A DNA stretch of 64,000 bases, taken from Rhodothermia bacterium. Its GTDB lineage: Bacteria; Bacteroidota; Rhodothermia; Rhodothermales; JAAAOL01. Numbering within the stretch: position 1 is the first letter of the stretch; every line of letters starts with the position of its first letter. A model generated the notes under the pieces. That model did no database searches. It saw only the letters and a program-made list of their open reading frames with translations, and was not told where the DNA came from. Location: contig JAUIDY010000013.1 of the NCBI GenBank assembly GCA_030428385.1, positions 5,583-69,582 of the forward strand. Reading direction: 5' to 3'. Of the stretch, positions 19,436 to 27,388 are shown one piece after another. The position numbers were made by a program, and so were the translations under genes.

Positions 19436-20029
19436 ATGCATCGGACGATGCCCCGCATACAGATGGGGAGTCCTGAATCCATGGCCCTTGCCTCCCGTGA
19501 GTCTTTCCCCCATTCACAAGCTGCCTTTAATTTCATGAACACTCCGTTGGTCTCGACACCCGTTACCCACGACAAAGCGCCTCCCCTTTCCACGGGATCA
19601 TCTCCTTCGGCGGTGATCATGGAAGCCCCCACGGCCATCCCCTACTCGATCCTTCACGGCTTGCTGCCGCAGGTCCCGGCCATGCGGGTACACATTATGC
19701 ATATGAACAAAGTGGAAACGGCGCAGACCTTCCATTTTCTCCAGTCCGTCGTTTGTATCGGTCGCAGTTCTGACAATGACCTGCTACTACGCACGCCGCT
19801 GAGAATGGTAGGGCAACATCACATAAAAATTGTCCGAGCGGTGGGCAAATATTGGCTCCTAGATCATGGGACCAATACCACCTGGTGCAACCAACAGCGG
19901 GTGGGAACAGGTCAGCGGCTGGAGTTATTCGACAACGATGTCATTCAGATAGGCGATTTCTGCCTCACCTTTCAAGCACTGGGAAGCCGCCTCGTAACGC
20001 GCGCACGCTCTCCGTTGCGCCGCCGGTAG
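19436..20029 (+). CDS. FHA-like domain protein (divergent)
   Basis: C-terminal 100 aa: VVCIGRSSDNDLLL...HIKIVRAVGKYWLLDHGTNTTWCNQQRV...LFDNDVIQIGDFCLTF follows the FHA pattern (GR..D..L, H..I, L.D.G..N, GD.I.IG). Start uncertain. Confidence 0.6.
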   Translation: MHRTMPRIQMGSPESMALASRESFPHSQAAFNFMNTPLVSTPVTHDKAPPLSTGSSPSAVIMEAPTAIPYSILHGLLPQVPAMRVHIMHMNKVETAQTFHFLQSVVCIGRSSDNDLLLRTPLRMVGQHHIKIVRAVGKYWLLDHGTNTTWCNQQRVGTGQRLELFDNDVIQIGDFCLTFQALGSRLVTRARSPLRRR

Positions 20030-20036
20030 CACAGAT

Positions 20037-22979
20037 TCACGCAGCCACTTGCAAGGCGCGATACCGTGCCTGTTCGTCGGGGCGACGCAGGGCGCCATAC
20101 AATGCGATGAGGAAATCCAGTTGGTACTGCGTCAGCCAATGATCAGGCCCCTGGGTTTCATTGGCCATCGCATAGCTGGCAAGCAACAGGGACTCGGCTT
20201 CGTCGAAACGACCGAGGCGGCGTAGGCAATCGCCCAGCCGCCCGGTGGCAAGCACCACCCGCATGTCCTCTTTGCTGAAAGCGGCCTGGCGAATGGCTAA
20301 CACCTCGCGCAGCAGCGGCTCGGCTTCTTCCGGGACGCGGTCCACGATCATGGCCGCCACGCCATAGATAGAGTTGGCCAGATCCGGGTGATCGGGCGGC
20401 AACAGTTTCCGCCGTAGGGCTAGCGCCGTGCGCGCCAGTTGCTCTGCTTCCTCATACACGCCTTGTTCCCACAACAGCGTGGCGAGGCTGGCGGTGGTCA
20501 TGGCCACTTCGGTGTGTTCCTCGCCATAGAGGGACGTTTCGATGGCCAGCACCTTGCGCAGTTCTCGCTCGGCACCGGGGCGGTCGTTCATCTGCCCCAG
20601 CACGTAACTCAGGTTGTTGCGCATGCTGGCCGTCATGGGATGCACCTCGCCAATAATCCGCTCGGCCACAGGCAAGGCCTCCTCTATCAAGCGACGGGCC
20701 GTGGCCATATCGCCGAGGTAGATATAGGCCGTCGCGAGGTTGTTGGTTTGTTGCGCCACGTTTACACTCTGGGTCCCATACACCGCCCGCGTGATTCCGA
20801 GGGCAGAATCGTAGAGCACCACCGCCCGCTCATAGTCGCCCTGGTCCTTCACCACACCCGCCAACTCGCTCAACGCACTGGCGATTTCGGGGTGGGCATG
20901 GCCGTAGAGCTGCCTATTGAGAACCATCGCCTCGTGCAGGAGTGCCTCTGCTTCTTCATACCGGGCCTGTTTCCGTAGCAACAGGGCCAGTTTGCCCATG
21001 CCGGCAGCCACAGCGGTGTGCCGTTCGCCATGCTGCGCCCGGTGTATCGCCAACGCGTCGCGCAGCAACGTTTCGGCCTCCTCATACTGATCGGCAAGCC
21101 GCAGGGTGGTGGCAAGGTCGCTCATGGCTTCCGCCACGGCAGCCGAAGAACCACCCTCGGCCTGAAGAATGGCCAGTGCTTCCCGGTTCAGCGCCTCGGC
21201 CGCCTCCAACCGCCCCGCCTCGGCCAGCACCCCGGCGTGGTGGTTCATTGTACGGGCCGTAGCTGGATGGCCCTCGCCGAGCACCTGCCGTTGCATGACC
21301 AGGGCCGCCGCCAACAACGAGTCGGCAGCGGCCACCTCTTTACGATGCACGGCCAATAAGCCAAGGGCCACAAGTGCCTCTGCGACTTCCGGGTGGGTCT
21401 CTCCAAACATTTGCTGACGCAGCATCAACGAGCGATGAAGCAACGAGTCGGCCTGTGCATACTGGGCCAGGCTCAGGTACACGTCGCCCATGGTCTGCAT
21501 CATCCGTGCCTGGACAGCAGGCTGCGCTGCGAGGTCGGTCTCGATACGGGCAGCCCCGCCATCCAGCAGTTCACGGGCGGTCACCACTTCACCACGCGAG
21601 GTCGTTGGATCGGCCATCTGGAAGACGCCGGTTAAAAACGCCGCCACCTCCGTCGCGGCATCGCGCTCGCGGGCTATTTCCTCGGCTTGCCGGGCGATGC
21701 GTGCATTCTGCACCGCCATCGTCAGCCCAAACGAAAGCAGCAATACAAACACCAACACCGTAACGCCCACACCCACGGTATGCCGCCGAACAAACTTCGA
21801 AACCCGATACCCCACGCTGTCTGGCTGGGCCTCCACGGGATGCCCATCGAGGAACCGTTGCACATCGTCTGCCAGCGCCTTCACCGACGTATATCGCCGC
21901 TGCGGGTCTTTTTGCAACGCCTTGAGGACAATGGTGTCGAGGTCGCCGCGAAGCCGTCGGCGCAGGACTTCGGGCACCGTGGCTCGCGCCAGACTCACGG
22001 TTTCAGGCGTGACGGGCACTGCATCCGTCGTCCTTTTCTCCTGGGTGCGGCCTATAGCCGTGGACGGTCGCTCGGGCTCTTCTTCACAGATCACCCGGGC
22101 GATTTCGTCGGTGGCGCGGGTGTTCAGGCGATAGGGGCGGTGCCCGGTGAGCAGTTCATAGAGCAACACCCCCAGTTGATACCCGTCTGTGGCGGTGGTG
22201 ATGGGCTCGCCGCGTACCTGCTCCGGGGCCGCGTATTCGGGCGTCATGATCCGCACCTCGGCCTGCGTCTGTGCGATAGAGTACGGCGCCAGGTCGGGGT
22301 CGAGCAGTTTGGCAATGCCGAAGTCGAGCAGCTTAACCTCCCCCGTTTGCGAGACGAGGATGTTTCCCGGCTTGAGGTCGCGGTGGACCACGAGGTTTTG
22401 GTGGGCAAACTGCACCGCTTCGCATACGCGCTGAAACAACCGCAAACGCGCAGGGATCGGCAAGTGGTTGGCGTCACAATACGCATCAATGGGCACACCG
22501 CCTTCCACATATTCGAGCGCGAAGTAGGGACGCCCGTCCTCTGCCATGCCACCGTCGTAGAGGTGAGCAATGCTAGGATGCGCGAGGGCTGCAAGAATCT
22601 GCCGCTCCTGCCGGAAGCGCCGCAGGATGGCGTCGGTATCCATGCCGCGCTTCACCAGCTTGAGCGCGACGCGGCGCTGAAACTGGGCGTCGTCGCGCTC
22701 GGCCAGAAACACTTCGCCCATGCCGCCACGCCCCAGCCGCTCCAGCAACCGATAGGGGCCGATGTGCCCCGCCAACGGCTCTGCATCATCCGATAACAGC
22801 CGGCGCTCCAGCACCAGCGTGTGGTCCGGTTCGTGTGCGGCCAGCATGGCTTCCACTTCGCGGCGCACCTCTGGGTCACCTTCACACGCTTCTTCTAAAA
22901 ACGCAATCCGCCCTTCTGCGGGGTGATCCAGCGCAGCAAAAAAGAGCGATTCGAGCCGATCCCAACGATTTGTATCCAT
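20037..22979 (-). CDS. Ser/Thr protein kinase with one TM helix and C-terminal TPR repeats
   Basis: Hanks motifs VALKLV, HRDLKPGNIL, DFGIAK and TPEYAAPEQ. TM helix VGVGVTVLVFVLLLSFGLTMAV. About 550 aa of repeated TPR-like units (A..L..LA..Y...G.Y..AE.L). ATG 22979 is preferred; the track start is 23015. Confidence 0.9.
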   Translation of the reverse strand: MDTNRWDRLESLFFAALDHPAEGRIAFLEEACEGDPEVRREVEAMLAAHEPDHTLVLERRLLSDDAEPLAGHIGPYRLLERLGRGGMGEVFLAERDDAQFQRRVALKLVKRGMDTDAILRRFRQERQILAALAHPSIAHLYDGGMAEDGRPYFALEYVEGGVPIDAYCDANHLPIPARLRLFQRVCEAVQFAHQNLVVHRDLKPGNILVSQTGEVKLLDFGIAKLLDPDLAPYSIAQTQAEVRIMTPEYAAPEQVRGEPITTATDGYQLGVLLYELLTGHRPYRLNTRATDEIARVICEEEPERPSTAIGRTQEKRTTDAVPVTPETVSLARATVPEVLRRRLRGDLDTIVLKALQKDPQRRYTSVKALADDVQRFLDGHPVEAQPDSVGYRVSKFVRRHTVGVGVTVLVFVLLLSFGLTMAVQNARIARQAEEIARERDAATEVAAFLTGVFQMADPTTSRGEVVTARELLDGGAARIETDLAAQPAVQARMMQTMGDVYLSLAQYAQADSLLHRSLMLRQQMFGETHPEVAEALVALGLLAVHRKEVAAADSLLAAALVMQRQVLGEGHPATARTMNHHAGVLAEAGRLEAAEALNREALAILQAEGGSSAAVAEAMSDLATTLRLADQYEEAETLLRDALAIHRAQHGERHTAVAAGMGKLALLLRKQARYEEAEALLHEAMVLNRQLYGHAHPEIASALSELAGVVKDQGDYERAVVLYDSALGITRAVYGTQSVNVAQQTNNLATAYIYLGDMATARRLIEEALPVAERIIGEVHPMTASMRNNLSYVLGQMNDRPGAERELRKVLAIETSLYGEEHTEVAMTTASLATLLWEQGVYEEAEQLARTALALRRKLLPPDHPDLANSIYGVAAMIVDRVPEEAEPLLREVLAIRQAAFSKEDMRVVLATGRLGDCLRRLGRFDEAESLLLASYAMANETQGPDHWLTQYQLDFLIALYGALRRPDEQARYRALQVAA

Positions 22980-23043
22980 AACATTTGAGACATTGGATAC
23001 CCCAGATGGCGTCATGAGCCAACAAAAATGGCCAGGCTATCCA

Positions 23044-23619
23044 TCAAAACTGAAGGTCGTAGGCTACTTCTTTGCGGAGCCAGGCACGGGCCGCCACCCA
23101 CGACCGCTGCACCGTTTTGATGGAGACATTCAGCGCGTCGGCGGTTTCCTCCAGCGTCAGCCCACTGAAAAAACGGAGGTTGACGACGTCGCTACCCCGT
23201 GGATTAATCACAGCCAGCCGATCCAGGGCTTCGTCCAGTGCCAGCACCTGTTCGGCCTCTTCGCTGGATAAAAAATGTTCGGCTTCTTCCAGCGGAACCG
23301 GCTGCTGCCCCCCGCCTCGCTTCTGGCGCGTCCGCGCGCGGGCATAATCGACCAGGATACGGCGCATCGTGGTGGCAGCAATGGCGAAGAAATGACCGCG
23401 GTCCTCCACCCGGAGGCGCTGCTGGTTCACCAGTTTCAGGTACGCTTCGTTAACCAGTCCCGTCGTCGAGAGCGTGTGGCCCGGACGCTCGCGGCGAAGC
23501 TGTTTCCGCGCCAGCGTCCGCAGTTCATCGTACAGCAGTGGCATCAGATCTTCGAGCGCGTCGGCGTCGCCGTCGTGCAGCCTGCGCAGCAGTATGGTCA
23601 CTTCTCCCGTGGCGGACAT
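23044..23619 (-). CDS. ECF-type RNA polymerase sigma factor (TIGR02999 / kinase-associated ECF43-like)
   Basis: HTLSTTGLVNEAYLKLV region 2 and a region 4 HTH (LTLEETADALNVSIKTVQRSW). The N-terminal TILLRRLHDGDADALEDL is typical of this subfamily. The gene is immediately upstream of the kinase. Confidence 0.88.
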   Translation of the reverse strand: MSATGEVTILLRRLHDGDADALEDLMPLLYDELRTLARKQLRRERPGHTLSTTGLVNEAYLKLVNQQRLRVEDRGHFFAIAATTMRRILVDYARARTRQKRGGGQQPVPLEEAEHFLSSEEAEQVLALDEALDRLAVINPRGSDVVNLRFFSGLTLEETADALNVSIKTVQRSWVAARAWLRKEVAYDLQF

Positions 23620-23777
23620 CTGGGCGATACGAACTAAGGGGGTGGGGCACCTTGAAGAAAGTACCTAAATCCGCTGAAAGAAGACAATCGCCGTCTTTTT
23701 TCAGGGCCGATGTCCAATAATTGGCCATGCCGACGCCATAGGAAGAAACCGCTATTCATCTTCATTCGGTCCGTACC

Positions 23778-24350
23778 ATGAAATCAACGCTTCTGCTTTT
23801 CCTCCTCGTCGCGTTCTGCGGCACCGCTCATGCCCAAGTGAACGACAGCCTGATTGTCCTTTTCCTCTCCGACCCCGGTGTCCGCGTGGGCGACGTGCTT
23901 GACGGCATCCTCGATCATTCTTCACCCAAGCGCTTCGACGCCACGGGAGATGGACAGGCAAACCTCATTATGCGTCGCGAAAACAACCAGGGCGGCCTCC
24001 AAGATGTGCGTGTGCTGGGCTTCGAGGAAGGCTCGCCCACTGAAATTTGCACCGTAGAAGACGTGCCCACCACCCTCGGCATCACCAGCAACATGGATAT
24101 GTGGGGGTTCGCCGACGTTAACGGAGACGGCTTCCGCGAAGCCATTTTTTACAACGACTCCGAAACCGTGGGCAGATCACTTTGCGACAATGAAAACATC
24201 GAGGCCTGGCGTATTGAACAGGTGGGCAAGTTTCGGATGGTTGGTGCCGCGGACCTCACGGGCGATGGCCACGAAGAAATCATCCTTTTCCTCGAAGACA
24301 CCCAGCAGCTACAGATATGGCAGATGCCCGGTTCGTCTGGCAACCGCTGA
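23778..24350 (+). CDS. Secreted protein with three FG-GAP/calcium-loop-like DxxGDG segments
   Basis: Signal peptide MKSTLLLFLLVAFCGTAHAQ. Loops DATGDGQANLIM, DVNGDGFREAIFY and DLTGDGHEEIILF. Confidence 0.65.
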   Translation: MKSTLLLFLLVAFCGTAHAQVNDSLIVLFLSDPGVRVGDVLDGILDHSSPKRFDATGDGQANLIMRRENNQGGLQDVRVLGFEEGSPTEICTVEDVPTTLGITSNMDMWGFADVNGDGFREAIFYNDSETVGRSLCDNENIEAWRIEQVGKFRMVGAADLTGDGHEEIILFLEDTQQLQIWQMPGSSGNR

Positions 24351-24422
24351 GTTCGCCTGCACCTCTAAAAAAATGACACCTCCCTCGTATCCCGTTTTAC
24401 TCATCTCTATTCGGTGATCGCT

Positions 24423-25082
24423 ATGAAAACCAACCGCTTGAGTTTTGCCTTATTGGCACTATTGGCCCTCGCTTTTCAACCAGCCCATGCGCAAATCGTC
24501 ATCGATTCGGACCCGCCGCCCTTTTTCCCCGGCGAGAACTTCACCGTCACCTCCACCCATGAAGTAGGATTGGAAGTAGGACCCTTCAGCGAATCCCACA
24601 GCGTGGAAATCGAACTAACCGGAGAAGACATCCGCAACTTCTGGGGCACGCTCTGGGGCTGGATTACCGGCGGCGGCAACGACGGGGGCGGCGGCGATGA
24701 TGGGGGCGGTGACGATGGCGGTGGCAATGATGACGGAGGCGGCACCGACACGGACACGGACTCGGACAACGATAATGACAGCGATAACGATTCCAGCAGC
24801 GGGGGCGGCAGCAACACGGGCCAGGGTGACGCCGCCGAGAATGACACCTCGCTGGCCGACTACGTGGGCGTGCAAGGCGTCCGGGTGACGGAAAACCGGC
24901 TGGTCATTCGCATGAACGACCCCGCCATTCATTCCCTCACCACCAACGAGCCGATGCAGGTCCCCGCTATCTTCCTGAAAGACCTCGGCGTCACGCAGAC
25001 GAAGTACGTCCCACCCGGCACCTACACGCGCAAAGGACGCAACCTTGTCCTTCCGCTGAAAAAGCGTCCGAAAAACCGCTGA
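24423..25082 (+). CDS. Secreted protein with central Gly/Asp/Asn/Ser low-complexity tract
   Basis: Signal peptide MKTNRLSFALLALLALAFQPAHAQ. Low-complexity tract GGGNDGGGGDDGGGDDGGGNDDGGGTDTDTDSDNDNDSDNDSSSGGG. Basic C-terminus. Confidence 0.6.
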   Translation: MKTNRLSFALLALLALAFQPAHAQIVIDSDPPPFFPGENFTVTSTHEVGLEVGPFSESHSVEIELTGEDIRNFWGTLWGWITGGGNDGGGGDDGGGDDGGGNDDGGGTDTDTDSDNDNDSDNDSSSGGGSNTGQGDAAENDTSLADYVGVQGVRVTENRLVIRMNDPAIHSLTTNEPMQVPAIFLKDLGVTQTKYVPPGTYTRKGRNLVLPLKKRPKNR

Positions 25083-25138
25083 GCGGGTGATCTTGCTTGC
25101 CTTCACGTCCCCTTTGCCACATCCAACGACGCCTTATC

Positions 25139-25990
25139 ATGAAACGCTTTCTCTTGTTGTTTCTTTTCCTGATCGCTGTCCCTGCAGAAGCCCAGCCCAC
25201 CCTGCTCTACGAGTCCCACCCCGGCATGCGGCTGGTTGAACTCGGTGAACTCATCCCCACGCTGCAAGGTCGCCACGACTATAACGGCGACGGCGTGCGG
25301 GACCTTACCTTGCTGCGCGGCGAGGGCAGCAGTATGGCCTCTACGGACACCCTCTTTGTCATTTCCATTGCCTCTGGAGAAATCCTGGGGCACCGGCCCT
25401 TTACGGACATCTCCGCCGCCATGGGAAGTCAAAACCTGCGCTTCCTCGGCTATTTCGACATCAATGGCGACGCGGTGAAAGAAGCGGCGTTTTTCGACCG
25501 GGATGCGCAGGTGCTGGGCCTGCTGGGTGTGCTCGAAGGGGGCAAAAAACACGGAAGCCAGGAGCCGTTTGTGATCCCCGCCCGCACGGTTGTCTTCCTG
25601 GACCTGACCGCCGACGAACAGGCCGAATTGATCATCAGCAACCCGCAAACCGAGACCGTGCAGGTGTACGGACTGGGCGAAACCAGCACGTCTACCGAAG
25701 CCATTGAGGTGGCGCTTGCGCCGCTGCTGGAAAGTTTCCCCAATCCGTTCCGCGAGCAGGCCACGCTGGAATATGAAGTGCCGAAGGCGGGCCCCGTAAC
25801 GCTGACGGTGTATGACCTCCTGGGTCGCCGCGTCCGCACCCTGCTCGACGCAGAGCTGCCCTCCGGCCTGCACCGCGCCGTGTGGGATGGCACCGACGCC
25901 TCGGGGCAGCGCGTGGCCGCCGGGACCTATTTCTACCAGCTACGCGTGAACGACGCGGTTACCAGCAAACAAGTCATCCGCCTGCAATAG
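25139..25990 (+). CDS. Secreted FG-GAP-like paralog with T9SS C-terminal sorting domain
   Basis: Signal peptide MKRFLLLFLFLIAVPAEAQ. Loops DYNGDGVRDLTLL, DINGDAVKEAAFF and DLTADEQAELIIS. CTD FPNPFREQATLEY...GTYFYQLRVND...VIRLQ. Confidence 0.8.
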   Translation: MKRFLLLFLFLIAVPAEAQPTLLYESHPGMRLVELGELIPTLQGRHDYNGDGVRDLTLLRGEGSSMASTDTLFVISIASGEILGHRPFTDISAAMGSQNLRFLGYFDINGDAVKEAAFFDRDAQVLGLLGVLEGGKKHGSQEPFVIPARTVVFLDLTADEQAELIISNPQTETVQVYGLGETSTSTEAIEVALAPLLESFPNPFREQATLEYEVPKAGPVTLTVYDLLGRRVRTLLDAELPSGLHRAVWDGTDASGQRVAAGTYFYQLRVNDAVTSKQVIRLQ

Positions 25991-25995
25991 CGCCC

Positions 25996-27174
25996 TTATG
26001 GCGCAAACTGGGCCACGCCATAGGCCCCACTCGTGCGCCAGTTTTTTTCGCCGTGGGCATCGAGGCCGGCTTGCGTCTCGGCGTCGATGCCTACGAGGGT
26101 GTCGCTCTTGAGTGTGCGAAGCACCATCAGCGAGGTAGGAAATCCCTGGATGGCGTCGAAGAGGGTGGCTTCGGGTTTCCAGATGGCGTCGTTGGTGGCG
26201 CGGCGGTAGTTCAGGTCGCCCTTCGAGATCACCAGCCGCGCCTCACGCATCGACTCCTTGAGGCGAAACGGCAGCTTCCACAACCGCCCCGCCGTATTCC
26301 AGAAGAAGTCGGGGATGATGGTGAGTTGCTGCTGCGCCACATAATCCCACAAGCGCACGGCCAGCTTGGCGGTCTGTCCGCCCCGCGCCATCATCGCGTC
26401 CAGCAGCCCGTGCACATCCGCCACGATGGCATCGCTCACGAGCACCGGCTGCATCTTGATATGCAGCACCACCTGCTGGGCTACCCCACGGCGCAGGAGA
26501 AAATCGACCAGGGCCAGGTCCATCGCCAATTCCGTCCCGGCGTTGTCCAGAATCATATGCACTTCGCCCGCGCCGAACCCGAGGAGGTGCTGCACCACTT
26601 CCGGGATGTCGTTCGCCAGCAAATGCTCGTCGCGGGCATTCATGCCCATGGCCGCTGTGTCCTTTAGGCTGAGGTCCATACGGTTGCCCCACAAGCTATA
26701 CAGGAAGTGCGCTTCCAGGCGTTCTTCCTGCGAACCAGACACGTCCAGTACCGCCGCCAGCGTATCCCACAGCGCGTGCGATTCCAACTCTTCGTGTTTA
26801 AACGGCGCAAACGGGTCACGCAGGGTGATCCAATACTGCCCCGCCTCCACCATGAGCCGGTACGCATACATCTCACTGAACAGCCACTCCGTGCCCAGCC
26901 ACGTTTCCTCCTTGTGTGGCGCATACGCAGCAGCCCATTGGTTAAAGTCGGGCGTCGTTTGGTCGAAAAAGCGCAGCCGGGCATTTTCCCGGATGTCATT
27001 CCGGAGCCGCTTCAGGGCGGTCTTGACCGACTTCGCGTAGTCCGAGTTTCGGTCGACGGTTTCCTGAATAATGCTGGGAATCCGCACCTTCATCGAATGA
27101 TGGGCAAAGGCATTGCTTCCATCTGTGCGAAGGGCGGTGGGGCGGGTAAGGGTGGGGGGAGCGGGTGTAATCAT
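25996..27174 (-). CDS. DUF89 / ARMT1-like damage-control phosphatase family protein
   Basis: ILDNAGTELAMDLALVDFLL and VISKGDLNYRR motifs are characteristic of DUF89. Confidence 0.78.
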   Translation of the reverse strand: MITPAPPTLTRPTALRTDGSNAFAHHSMKVRIPSIIQETVDRNSDYAKSVKTALKRLRNDIRENARLRFFDQTTPDFNQWAAAYAPHKEETWLGTEWLFSEMYAYRLMVEAGQYWITLRDPFAPFKHEELESHALWDTLAAVLDVSGSQEERLEAHFLYSLWGNRMDLSLKDTAAMGMNARDEHLLANDIPEVVQHLLGFGAGEVHMILDNAGTELAMDLALVDFLLRRGVAQQVVLHIKMQPVLVSDAIVADVHGLLDAMMARGGQTAKLAVRLWDYVAQQQLTIIPDFFWNTAGRLWKLPFRLKESMREARLVISKGDLNYRRATNDAIWKPEATLFDAIQGFPTSLMVLRTLKSDTLVGIDAETQAGLDAHGEKNWRTSGAYGVAQFAP

Positions 27175-27388
27175 GGGGTGTTGTTTCCGGTGGCAGCGGC
27201 ACCTCGTTGCCAGAATGCGTTAATTTTGTTGTTTCGAGTATCGGTTAAAAACGAGAACTTCTAGCATCCACCATAAAAAACCAGACATCCGGCTCTTTTT
27301 GTGGGCCACAAGGCTTTCATGCCTGTGCCGGTTTGTTATCTTGGCGGCTCATCTTACGAATTTTTTTGAACAGCGTTTTCCCACCCCT

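Noticed and set aside
19240-19476. 78-aa ORF (Pro/Glu-rich) overlapping the 5' end of the FHA-like ORF by 41 nt in another frame. I considered it as a separate gene or as the N-terminal part of a frameshifted FHA gene.
   Set aside because: No domain, a disordered composition, and no way to distinguish these options from sequence alone. It is not called as a feature. A frameshift or sequencing check of 19430..19480 would settle it.
24660-24830. Highly repetitive GGC/GAC/GAT-rich DNA, considered as a possible tandem repeat or CRISPR-like array.
   Set aside because: There is no spacer/repeat periodicity. It is in-frame low-complexity coding sequence (Gly/Asp/Asn/Ser tract) inside a signal-peptide-bearing ORF.
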